From the NCBI GenBank assembly GCA_963790305.1, contig CAWBOC010000002.1, positions 32,001 to 96,000 on the forward strand: DNA of 64,000 nt, given 5' to 3'. Positions 28,950 to 37,648 of this stretch are shown here, one piece after another. How positions within the stretch are numbered: the first letter of the stretch is position 1; each line of letters opens with the position of its first letter. The notes beneath the pieces are model-generated. The model was not told the DNA's origin. It worked only from the letters and a program-made list of their open reading frames with translations, and ran no database searches. Position numbers and translations under genes: made by a program. Origin of the DNA: an uncultured Gemmatimonadaceae bacterium (lineage in GTDB: Bacteria; Gemmatimonadota; Gemmatimonadetes; Gemmatimonadales; Gemmatimonadaceae).

Positions 28950-29642
28950 TCAGGTGCAGGGATCCACGCGCACGGCTGTGGCACCGGCGGGCGTGCCGGC
29001 ATCGAGGAACACGACACTGGTCACCCGATTCGCGGGGAGTCCCGTCAGCGTGATGTTCGCGCGCGGCGTTCCCGTGGTCACCCCCGGATCGAACAGGCGG
29101 ATCTGCGTGTTCGCCTTCGGCAGGGTGATGAATGCGGGCGCGGTACCGGGGCCGAGCACCGGCAGATTGGCGACGGTGGGCGCTGCGATTGCGCCGTTAG
29201 GCACCGTCGCGTGGACGTCACCGGCCGTCGACGTCGCGTTGATGAATCGCACCAGGATGCTGGTGCTGGTGTCGGGCGGCGTAAAGACATCCTGAAGCGC
29301 GACCGCCGTCCGGGGTTGCCCGGTGCCAGCGACGACAATGGTGTACCGCCCACCGGCGACCAGCGTCGTGTCGAGCGTCGCGACGTTGGTCGTCGCGCGA
29401 ATCTGCCGAAAGCGAAAGTTCTGACGCTCGGCCGGGACCTGAATGCAGTCGGATGTGGTTCGGAAGCGCGCCGTCACGCGCGGTGTTTCGGCGCTGCCGA
29501 AGAGCAGACCGAGCGTGTCGACGCCAGCCGCGTCGAACATTCGCACGGCCGCGAACGGCCGGGATTCGACCACGTTCTCGTCGTCGCATGCGACGACCAC
29601 AGCCAGAATGCAGAGAAGAAGAACGCGCGCGGATTGAAGCAT
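28950..29642 (-). CDS. DUF4397-like lipoprotein
   Basis: Lipobox VVVAC; two repeats (AVRMFDAA..GGRYTIVVAG; VRFINATSTAGDV). Confidence 0.65.
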   Translation of the reverse strand: MLQSARVLLLCILAVVVACDDENVVESRPFAAVRMFDAAGVDTLGLLFGSAETPRVTARFRTTSDCIQVPAERQNFRFRQIRATTNVATLDTTLVAGGRYTIVVAGTGQPRTAVALQDVFTPPDTSTSILVRFINATSTAGDVHATVPNGAIAAPTVANLPVLGPGTAPAFITLPKANTQIRLFDPGVTTGTPRANITLTGLPANRVTSVVFLDAGTPAGATAVRVDPCT

Positions 29643-29710
29643 GTCGGCCTCGGCTCACGCAGGAGGAGACGACACGGCGTCGCGGCAGCAGCTCGATTCC
29701 GCGGCGCGGC

Positions 29711-29768
29711 CTGGAAACGTTTCCAGAGAAACGTGACTAGGATTACAGTCCGGCCCTGAGGCTGTCAA
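29711..29768 (-). promoter_or_regulatory. Perfect LacI-type operator just downstream of a sigma70-like promoter
   Basis: CTGGAAACGTTTCCAG perfect 16-bp palindrome (29711-29726); minus-strand TTGACA (29763-29768) - 17 nt - TAATCC. Confidence 0.78.
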
Positions 29769-29800
29769 GGAACTCGAACGCGGATGGCGGGCACCCGGAT

Positions 29801-29832
29801 AAAACGAAAGCCCCCCGAGACTCTCGGGGGGC
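29801..29832 (-). terminator. Rho-independent terminator downstream of the FHA gene
   Basis: GCCCCCCGAG/CTCGGGGGGC stem (29810-29832) followed on the minus strand by TTTCGTTTT. Confidence 0.8.
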
Positions 29833-29836
29833 GACT

Positions 29837-29862
29837 CAATCCGCATTCTGCATTCCGCAATC
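29837..29862. repeat. Solo arm of the GAATGCG heptamer repeat
   Basis: CAATCCG-CATTCTG-CATTCCG-CAATC, same unit as 7155-7214 but with no partner arm. Confidence 0.7.
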
Positions 29863-29874
29863 GTCTCTCCTTAC

Positions 29875-30936
29875 CTACCCATTCCGTCTCGGAATGAACA
29901 TCGCCTGGACGTTCCCGAACTGCAGCACCGTCGGCCCCTGGAGCTTCGTCTCCTTCTCGATCCGCTCGGCGCGCACGAAGGTCCCGTTCCGCGACGAGGC
30001 ATCGAGGATGAACCACTCCTCAGCACGCCGCTCCAGCGTCGCGTGTAATCCCGAGACGCTCTCATCGGGGACCACGACGTCGTTGTGTGGACCGCGTCCA
30101 ACGCGGACGAGCGATTTGGTGATCGGAACTCGCCGGCCCTGGAGTGCCCCACCGTTCATGAGCTCGAGCATCGCCAGCGCGCCATCCTCCATGCGCAGCG
30201 ACGGGAGCGGAGTGCTCTGCGGAGCCGCCGGCCGCGGTGGAACGGAAGCCACGAAGCCGGTGGCACCGAGCTGCGCCGCGCCCGGTGTCGAGCGGTCGAT
30301 CTCCGCCTCGAAGCGGAACTCCTCGGTGCCGATTCGGATCACATCGCCGACACCGAGCCAGCGCGTCTGCGAGACGCGCGCACCGTTGACGTAGATGCCG
30401 TTCATGCTCGAATCCTTGATCAGGTATCCGAGGCTGCCGGGGACGATGTCGGCGTGACGACGCGAGACCCCGGGAATGCCGAGCACGACGTCGCATCCCG
30501 GATCGCGACCGATGCTCAACCCGGCGTCGGGGATCGTGTACGTATGGTGATCGACGAGCCCGACGATACGGCCGCCCGTGCGCGCACCGGGCGTAGCTGG
30601 CGTCGAGGAATCGACGGCCGCCGAGTCGTCAGTGATCGAGGTGACGAAGTCGGTCCCACCGGCAAGGCGCTCGTCGCCGTAGACCATCTTCGCCTTGCCG
30701 ATCGAGATCTTCGACCCGTGCGGGACGGCGAGGGGAGCGGCACTCACCTCCTGCCCATCGAGCATCACGCGAACTGTTCCGGTGCGCCGTATCGTCGCGC
30801 CGCGCGGGCCGAGCACCACGATCGCCTGCGTGCCGCGGGGCATCGCAGGGATGATGATGTCCGATCCGTCGCTACCCAACGTGTTTTCGCCGGCCCGCAG
30901 CTCATGCTGCCGCGAGCCGATCGCGATATACGGCAT
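29875..30936 (-). CDS. Multi-FHA-domain protein (two canonical FHA plus one degenerate N-terminal FHA-like)
   Basis: IGRDPGCD..VSRRHA..SMNGIYVNG and VGRGPHND..VSGLHA..SRNGTFV; the N-terminal unit lacks GR and SxxH. Confidence 0.9.
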   Translation of the reverse strand: MPYIAIGSRQHELRAGENTLGSDGSDIIIPAMPRGTQAIVVLGPRGATIRRTGTVRVMLDGQEVSAAPLAVPHGSKISIGKAKMVYGDERLAGGTDFVTSITDDSAAVDSSTPATPGARTGGRIVGLVDHHTYTIPDAGLSIGRDPGCDVVLGIPGVSRRHADIVPGSLGYLIKDSSMNGIYVNGARVSQTRWLGVGDVIRIGTEEFRFEAEIDRSTPGAAQLGATGFVASVPPRPAAPQSTPLPSLRMEDGALAMLELMNGGALQGRRVPITKSLVRVGRGPHNDVVVPDESVSGLHATLERRAEEWFILDASSRNGTFVRAERIEKETKLQGPTVLQFGNVQAMFIPRRNG

Positions 30937-31071
30937 TCGGGGGTTCCTCGTGACGTCAACGTCTGATTAGAGACGACCGCCCATAAAGGGCGTGACAGCA
31001 CGCCGCGCTGCCTCGTCACTCTTGTGATGCCGGACCCCTCCGTGTGAGGGGCGTTCCCTGCCAAATCCGCC

Positions 31072-32577
31072 ATGACGAGAGCGACAAGAACCGGGGACCG
31101 CGATACGGCCTGCGCACGCTGCGGCTCGCTTCTCCCTGACAAGTCGGCGACCTGCGCCGCGTGTGGCCTCAATCAGAAGGCCACGACAGGTGTGTACGAC
31201 AGCGCGCCCTCCCAGCCCGACGATGCGGCTCTTGTTCGGGCAGCCCTGGCGGACGAATACGACATTCTCGAAGAGCTCGGCCGCGGCGGAATGGCCGTGG
31301 TCTTCCGCGCCCGCGAGCGCGCGCTCGACCGCGACGTCGCGATCAAGGTGCTCCCTCGGTCGCTCGCGTTCGATGCCGCGCTGGTCGAGCGCTTCCAGCG
31401 TGAAGCCCGGATCGCCGCCGCGCTCGAGCATCCGCACATCGTGCCGATCCACCGCGTCGGCCGGGCAGGCGACACGATCTTTTTCGTGATGAAGCACGTC
31501 AAGGGCGGCTCGCTCGCGGACCGCCTGCGCGACCGTCACCACCTTCCGGCCGAGGAGATTCACAAGATCCTGGTCGAGGTTGGCGGCGCGCTCGCATACG
31601 CCGCCGAGCGGGGCGTCGTGCACCGCGACATCAAGCCGGAGAACATCCTGTTCGACGAGAGCGGCCGCGCACTGGTGACCGACTTCGGCATCGCGCGCTC
31701 CGCGGACGCGACGGCGATGACCCGCGCCGGGACCTCGGTGGGAACGCCGCGCTACATGAGCCCCGAGCAGGCGCGCGGCAAGTCAGTCGATGGCCGGAGC
31801 GACGTCTATTCGCTGGGCGTCGTCGCCTACGAGTGCCTAACGGGGAGAGCGCCCTTCGAAGGGACGGATCACTACTCCCTCATGTACGCGCACGTCTCGC
31901 AGCCGATTCCCGCTCCCTCGCTCGACACGCCGGAGGAGCGCACGGTATTCGGCGTTCTCGAGAAGATGCTGCGGAAGGAGCCGGCGGACCGCCCGCAGAG
32001 TGGCGCCGAGCTCGAGGCGCTCCTCGAGGGACGGCAGCCCAATACGCCCAAGCCCTCGCGCATCCACCGGAGCTCGCGCGTCCCGCTATGGCAGCTCGCG
32101 ACCGCGGGCACGCTCGTCGTCGCGCTCGGCGCCGCCGCGCTCTTCTCGAGCCGCGGAAGTCTGCCGACCAAGACGGGACTCGCCGCGCAGCCGCCGGAGG
32201 CATACTCGCGCTGCCCGCGCGCTACGCAGGTCGCGACGGTGCCGTATCGCGTGATGGTCGATCCGGTCGGCGTGCGGAAGCGCGGTGCCGACATCAAGGT
32301 CGCGTACGACGTCTGCGGACTGAAGAAGGGGACGACCTACGAGGGCGTCATCGTCGCCAAGAAGCAGCAGAGCAAGGTCGGCCGCTTCCTCCGCGGCACC
32401 GAGCCGGTCGAGATCCGCTTCACCGAAGAGGCGCTCTCCGCCCGCTCACGCCAGGAGCGCACGATCGCCACCCGCAAGCTGCCGTCCGGCACCTACTCGC
32501 TGACGGTGAGCATCACCGATGGGAAGGATCGGGTGCGGAACGTGGCCACGACGTTCGAGATAGCGAAAGACAAATGA
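31072..32577 (+). CDS. Hanks-type Ser/Thr protein kinase with N-terminal zinc ribbon, one TM and an extracytoplasmic domain
   Basis: CARC..CAAC; LGRGGMAVV, VAIK, HRDIKPEN, DFGIAR, GTPRYMSPEQ, SDVYSLG; TM ATAGTLVVALGAAALF. Confidence 0.95.
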   Translation: MTRATRTGDRDTACARCGSLLPDKSATCAACGLNQKATTGVYDSAPSQPDDAALVRAALADEYDILEELGRGGMAVVFRARERALDRDVAIKVLPRSLAFDAALVERFQREARIAAALEHPHIVPIHRVGRAGDTIFFVMKHVKGGSLADRLRDRHHLPAEEIHKILVEVGGALAYAAERGVVHRDIKPENILFDESGRALVTDFGIARSADATAMTRAGTSVGTPRYMSPEQARGKSVDGRSDVYSLGVVAYECLTGRAPFEGTDHYSLMYAHVSQPIPAPSLDTPEERTVFGVLEKMLRKEPADRPQSGAELEALLEGRQPNTPKPSRIHRSSRVPLWQLATAGTLVVALGAAALFSSRGSLPTKTGLAAQPPEAYSRCPRATQVATVPYRVMVDPVGVRKRGADIKVAYDVCGLKKGTTYEGVIVAKKQQSKVGRFLRGTEPVEIRFTEEALSARSRQERTIATRKLPSGTYSLTVSITDGKDRVRNVATTFEIAKDK

Positions 32578-32675
32578 GGCGCTAGAGGCGCTAAAGGGCG
32601 CTAGAGGCGCTGAACTTGCGCACGCCTGTAGCGCCCTAGCGCCTTTAGCGCCCCTAGCGCCTCTAGCGCCTCTAG
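32576..32675. repeat. Imperfect palindrome of GAGGCGCTA 9-mers
   Basis: Four GAGGCGCTA-like units, a 16-nt spacer and five TAGCGCCTC-like units; overlaps the stop codons of both convergent neighbours. Confidence 0.92.
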
Positions 32676-33895
32676 GCCTCGTCCCTCGTTCGTCCCATGG
32701 CTATCCCGTCCGCCCCAAACCTTTCCCGAAGCTTGTCCACCGCCCGCACCAGCGCCCGGTCGCGGGCGGTTTCTTCTTCTCCAGAAGTCGCCGCCTCGAA
32801 CAGCGCCAGCTGATCGGCGTCCGGATCGGCGGCGAGCGACGACAGCGCGACACCGAGGAGCCGTGCCGGAACGCGGCGGCCAGACCGCAGCTTCGCGAGC
32901 AATCCCTTGGCGACGCCGTGAATCACGCGGTCGGCGATTACGCCGCGCGGAAGGGTACGGCTCGCCGAGCGTGTGCGAAAATCGAAGTCGCGAAGGCGAA
33001 CGGTGATCGTGCGCGCGGTCATGCCATCGGCGCGCAGGTCCGAGGCAGCGCGCGTCACGAGCGCGAGCAGCTCGTGACCCAGCGCGTCGTCGCTCCGAAT
33101 GTCCTCGGAGAACGTCTCATCGCGGGAGATGCTCTTCGCCTCGCCCCGCGATTCCACCTCCGAGCGATCAATGCCACGCACGCGCTCGTACAGCCACTCC
33201 CCCTCGCGATCGCCTAGCCAGCGGGAGAGCGTCACGGCGTCGTACGGGAGCACATCGCGCACGCTCTTCATCCCGAGCTTCGCCAGCCGCTCCTGGAACT
33301 TCGGACCCACCAGCGGCAGCTCGGCCAGCGCGAAGGTGGCGAGGAATTCGCCTTCGTGGCCGGGATCGACGACGTGTACCCCGGTGGCGCCCGTTCCCGG
33401 TTTCGGCTTGGCGCGCTCCACCGCGAGCTTGGCCACCAGCTTCGACGTTCCGCCGCCGATCGAGACCGAGAGCCCGATCGCTTCCATCACCGCATCGCGA
33501 ATGCGGCGAGCCGTCGTCTCGAGCGACTCGTTATGGTAGAGCGCCTCGGTGCCAGCGAGATCCATGTACCACTCATCGATGCTGGCGGACTCGACGACCG
33601 GAGCAAACCGATCGAGGACCGCGCGAATCTCACGGTGTTTTCGGGAGCACGCCTTGCCTGGCACAGGGACGCACATCGCCTGCGGACACAACCGAAGCGC
33701 TCGAGAAATTGGCATCGCGCTCCGAACCCCGAACTTTCGCGTCTCGTACGACGCGCTGCACACGACCCCTCGGCTCTCGCGAGTGCCCCCGACGATCAGC
33801 AGCTCGGCCTTGCCCGCTCCCTCGGGATCGACCATGCGCGCGACAGCGACGTAGAAGGCGTCGGCGTCGGCGAGGAGGATGCGCGGATGGGCCAT
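32672..33895 (-). CDS. dinB: DNA polymerase IV (Y family)
   Basis: LADADAFYVAV, SASYETRKFGVRSAMP, SIDEWYMDL, SKLVAKLA, KSISRDETF, RLLGV. Confidence 0.93.
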   Translation of the reverse strand: MAHPRILLADADAFYVAVARMVDPEGAGKAELLIVGGTRESRGVVCSASYETRKFGVRSAMPISRALRLCPQAMCVPVPGKACSRKHREIRAVLDRFAPVVESASIDEWYMDLAGTEALYHNESLETTARRIRDAVMEAIGLSVSIGGGTSKLVAKLAVERAKPKPGTGATGVHVVDPGHEGEFLATFALAELPLVGPKFQERLAKLGMKSVRDVLPYDAVTLSRWLGDREGEWLYERVRGIDRSEVESRGEAKSISRDETFSEDIRSDDALGHELLALVTRAASDLRADGMTARTITVRLRDFDFRTRSASRTLPRGVIADRVIHGVAKGLLAKLRSGRRVPARLLGVALSSLAADPDADQLALFEAATSGEEETARDRALVRAVDKLRERFGADGIAMGRTRDEA

Positions 33896-34001
33896 AGGTG
33901 GTCGAGGTGGTCGAGGTCGTCGAGGTTATCAAGGTAGCCATCGGTCGCGGAGATCTTGAAGGCCTCGATCACCTGGACCACCTTGACGACCTCGACAACC
34001 T
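33896..34001. repeat. Imperfect palindrome of TCGAGG-containing 9-mers, copy 2
   Basis: AGGTGGTCG x2, AGGTCGTCG, AGGTTATCA, a spacer, then CCTCGATCA, CCTGGACCA, CCTTGACGA, CCTCGACAA; fills almost the whole divergent intergenic region. Confidence 0.9.
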
Positions 34002-34011
34002 CCTTCTGCCC

Positions 34012-36039
34012 GTGGCCTTAACTCAAGAGCAGTTCGATACGCTCGTCGCCCGCCTGACCCGCGAGGCGGCGGCACAGCCGCTGTGGTACAAGATCCGGGT
34101 GTTCGTGTTCGCGATGCTCGGGTATGCGTACATCTTCGGCGTCCTCGCCCTCATCCTCGCGATTGTCGGCGGAGTCGCCGTTCTGGCTGCGCGCGGGCAT
34201 GCAGTCATTCTCCTAAAGAACATTGCCCTTCCGTTAGTGATCTTCGCGTGGGTGGTGGGCAAGGCGCTGTGGGTCAAGCTGAATCCGCCGACGGGCAGGC
34301 GGTTGGCGCGCGAGGAGGCGCCACGTCTGTTCGCCGCGATCGACGACATCTGCGCCAAGATCGATGCGCCTCGCGCCGATGTCGTTCTCCTCACCGATGA
34401 CTACAACGCCGCCGTCTCTCAGATTCCGCGCCTTGGGGTCTTCGGCCTGCATCGGAATTACCTGATCGTAGGACTGCCGCTCATGCAGGCGTTGCCGCCC
34501 AACGAATGGCGCGGCGTACTCGCTCACGAGTTCTCGCACCTCTCCCGTGCCCACGCGCGGTTCTCGAATTGGATCTACCGCGTGCGCAGGACGTGGTTTC
34601 AGCTCATGGATACGCTGGAGAACGAGCGGCAGAGCGGGGGCACCTGGATCTTCAAATGGTTCTTTCACTGGTATGCGCCGTACTTCGGTGCGTACTCCTT
34701 CGTGCTGGCGCGTCGTGATGAGTTCGAGGCCGACGCATTGGCCGCGCGCGTCGTAGGGCCGGACGCGATGGCTCGTGGCTTTCTGATGTCCAGCATTCGC
34801 GCGCGGCTTCTGTCGGAGGCGTTTTGGCCGCAGGTGCATCGCCAGATCATTACGCAGCCGACACCGCCCGAAGACCTGCACTCGCGCATGTCGAACATCC
34901 TTCGTGCGCCAGTCGAGCCGACGTCGGCGCGGCAGTGGGGGCTCGATGCTCTCGCGCTCGAGACGGGAAGCGCCGATACCCACCCATCGCCGCGGGACCG
35001 GATTGCGGCTCTCGGCGTCGACATCGAAGGGGAATTGCAGACCGGAGACGCTGCAGCCGCGCCTATCGACGAGACAGCTGCCGAGCATTTCCTCGGGCCA
35101 TTGGCAACGGAGGCGACCGAGTCGTTCGACGACGAATGGCAGAAGAACGCACTCGAGTCGTGGCAGCAACGGCACGAGGAAGAGGTGCGCGAGGAAGCGC
35201 GACTCAACGAGCTGGAGGAACGCCACGATGCGCTCGATGACGCGGAGCTCTGGGACCTGGCGCGGCTGATCGACGCGCGCCGCGGCGCCGACGCGGCAGA
35301 GCCTTACCTGCGGAAGGTGCTGACACGCGTTCCGCGGCACGCGGCGGCATCGTACGCGCTCGGCTACAACCTGCTCGCAGCCGATAACGAAGAGGGAATT
35401 CGGCACATCGAGACGGCGATGGAGGTCGATCCGGATGCGATCCCTCCCGGATCACGCACCATCGCCGCCTTTCTCCGCCGCCGCGGCCGTATCGAAGACG
35501 CCGTGCACTACGAAGGGCGCGCCGAGGAGCAGGAGACGATTCAAATGGCCGCCGCGAAGGAGCGTGAGTCGGTTTCCCGAAAGGACTCGATGATCGCCCA
35601 CGAGGTGGATAATGCGGTGCTGGATGAACTCCGCGCGGCGCTGTCCAGGTTCGATCGCATCAGAGCCGCGTGGCTGGTCCGCAAGGTCGTGACCCACCGC
35701 CCCGAGCATCCTCTCTATGTGCTCGGCATCGATCTGGGACCGGACCGGAAATCGTGGCTCCGCGCCCACGGCATATCGATAGGCGAGAAGGAGCGCGATC
35801 CACTCATCCAGGCGCTCGCGAATACGCTCCCGTTCCCTGGGGAGGCATTCGTCGTTCCCCTGAATGCCGAGAATGCGTGGTTGAAAAAGAAAATGAAGAA
35901 GATCGCCAGTGCGCGGTTCTATGAGCGAAGCGCGGAGGCACGCACTAGAAGACCCGCCGGAGAATCGCTCTTCCCGCGTAGCGCAGGCGATCGCGCCAGG
36001 GGAGTCGACCAAAGTTCGTCCTCACCACCCCGGACGTGA
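34012..36039 (+). CDS. M48-family (HtpX/Ste24-like) membrane zinc metallopeptidase with TPR-like C-terminal region
   Basis: Two N-terminal TMs, YNAA, VLAHEFSHL (HExxH), EFEADALA, DTHPSPRDRI; GTG start chosen downstream of the repeat. Confidence 0.88.
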   Translation: MALTQEQFDTLVARLTREAAAQPLWYKIRVFVFAMLGYAYIFGVLALILAIVGGVAVLAARGHAVILLKNIALPLVIFAWVVGKALWVKLNPPTGRRLAREEAPRLFAAIDDICAKIDAPRADVVLLTDDYNAAVSQIPRLGVFGLHRNYLIVGLPLMQALPPNEWRGVLAHEFSHLSRAHARFSNWIYRVRRTWFQLMDTLENERQSGGTWIFKWFFHWYAPYFGAYSFVLARRDEFEADALAARVVGPDAMARGFLMSSIRARLLSEAFWPQVHRQIITQPTPPEDLHSRMSNILRAPVEPTSARQWGLDALALETGSADTHPSPRDRIAALGVDIEGELQTGDAAAAPIDETAAEHFLGPLATEATESFDDEWQKNALESWQQRHEEEVREEARLNELEERHDALDDAELWDLARLIDARRGADAAEPYLRKVLTRVPRHAAASYALGYNLLAADNEEGIRHIETAMEVDPDAIPPGSRTIAAFLRRRGRIEDAVHYEGRAEEQETIQMAAAKERESVSRKDSMIAHEVDNAVLDELRAALSRFDRIRAAWLVRKVVTHRPEHPLYVLGIDLGPDRKSWLRAHGISIGEKERDPLIQALANTLPFPGEAFVVPLNAENAWLKKKMKKIASARFYERSAEARTRRPAGESLFPRSAGDRARGVDQSSSSPPRT

Positions 36040-37648
36040 AGAAGGTCTTTCGCGAGTAGTCGATCGCACAGTCGATCGTCACCGGGCGGCCTTCGCGCGT
36101 GATCTCGAGGGCGCGCGCAAGCACCGATTGGATCTCGGCGGAGTGACGAAGCTGCAGGCATTCGACGCCCACGCCGCGGCAGATCGCCTCGACGTCGTAG
36201 TCGCCGATGATGCTTGCCGTCTTCCGGTTCAGGGCGGTGTGCTGAAATTGCGCAATCTGCGCCAGCTCGCGGTCGCGCAGCACGACGACGACGACCGCTG
36301 CTCCCTGACTCGCCGCCGTCAGGAGCTCCAGCCCCGTCATGAGGAAGGCGCCGTCGCCCGCGAGCGCCACCACCGGCGCGCCGGGGCGCGCCAGCTTGGC
36401 GCCGATCGCCGCCGGCACCGCGTAGCCCATGCAGGAGTAGTCGATGGGACCGAGGAAGCGCCCGGGTGCATTCAGGCGCAGCATCTCCATGGCGATGAAC
36501 GTCCCATTGCCACTGTCGGTCGTGAAGATCGTCTCCTCGCCAAACGTTCGCTGGAGCGCTTCGAGGAGCGCGAAGGGCGGCACGCGACTGGTGTCGCCAG
36601 CGCCTAACCATTCCGTTCGCACGGCATCGTGACCTCGACGAATGCGCTCCCGGAGCCCGTCGTCGCGCGGGCGCTGGGTGAGTCGCCGCAGCAAGGACTC
36701 GACGAACCGGGCGGCGTCACTCTGAATCGCGAGCGCCGTCTTGTGATTGCGTCCGGGAACGCTGGCATCGATGTCGACGTGAATCAGTGGTCCCGGGGGC
36801 TCGAGCCCATAGCTCGCCGTCGCCACCTCGCCAAACCGGCATCCGATGGCGAGAGTTGCATCGCACTCGCGGGCGATCTCGCGGGCGAACGCCGGCGCGG
36901 CGGCGCCGAAACCGGGCCACAGGAAGAGCGGGTGCGTCTCGGGAACGACGCCCTTTCCTTGATAGGTCGTCGACACGGGCGACTCGAGTCGCTCGATGAG
37001 CTCGACCACTTTCGCGCTCGCGGCGCCCAACCCGAGATACACCAGCGGACGCTTCGCGCTATTGAGAATCGCGGCCGCTTGCGCGGTGTCCGCCTCGACG
37101 GCGGTCGCGGTGGGGACAAACGGCACTTCGTCGCTGACGTCGTGAGACAGCAGATAGAGCTCTGCCGGCACCTCCACGAACACCGGACCTGGCGCGCCCG
37201 CCCGTGCGATCTCGCACGCCTTACGAATCGTCGCGTACAGCTCGCGCGCGGTTCCCGGCCGGAACTGCGCCTTCGTGACCGGTGCGACCATCGCGGCCTG
37301 ATCGACGTCGTGCAGCTGAAACGCCCGCCCGGTGTCCCGACGAATCCCACAGCCGAGGACCAGCATTGGCACCGTGTCCATGAACGCTTCGGCGATGCCG
37401 GACATCGCATGTGTAAGTCCGGCGCCAGGCACCACGTTCACGCAGGCCATCCGCCCGGAGGCGCGCCATGCTCCGTCGGCCATGAACGACGCGCTCTGTT
37501 CGTCGGTGACGAGGATCGTGCGCACGCGCTTCGACTGGGCGAGCGCGTCGTACAATTCAATGTTGTGGGTGCCGGGAATGCCGAAGGCGAGCTCGATACC
37601 CTCATCCTCGAGCGCGCGCGCCACGAGGCGTCCGCCGATCTCAGCCAC
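35945..37648 (-). CDS. Thiamine-diphosphate-dependent enzyme (acetolactate synthase-like family)
   Basis: FGIPGTHN, DEQSASFMADG, PGAGLTH, PGPVFVEVP, MGYAVPAAIGA, GDGAFLM ThDP motif. Confidence 0.9.
   Translation of the reverse strand: MAEIGGRLVARALEDEGIELAFGIPGTHNIELYDALAQSKRVRTILVTDEQSASFMADGAWRASGRMACVNVVPGAGLTHAMSGIAEAFMDTVPMLVLGCGIRRDTGRAFQLHDVDQAAMVAPVTKAQFRPGTARELYATIRKACEIARAGAPGPVFVEVPAELYLLSHDVSDEVPFVPTATAVEADTAQAAAILNSAKRPLVYLGLGAASAKVVELIERLESPVSTTYQGKGVVPETHPLFLWPGFGAAAPAFAREIARECDATLAIGCRFGEVATASYGLEPPGPLIHVDIDASVPGRNHKTALAIQSDAARFVESLLRRLTQRPRDDGLRERIRRGHDAVRTEWLGAGDTSRVPPFALLEALQRTFGEETIFTTDSGNGTFIAMEMLRLNAPGRFLGPIDYSCMGYAVPAAIGAKLARPGAPVVALAGDGAFLMTGLELLTAASQGAAVVVVVLRDRELAQIAQFQHTALNRKTASIIGDYDVEAICRGVGVECLQLRHSAEIQSVLARALEITREGRPVTIDCAIDYSRKTFFTSGVVRTNFGRLPWRDRLRYAGRAILRRVF

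Noticed and set aside
33898..34011. N-terminal extension MVEVVEVVEVIKV...LDHLDHLDDLDN of the M48 peptidase
   Set aside because: It is the translation of the 9-mer palindrome and would start 2 nt from the divergent dinB start; GTG 34012 is more plausible.
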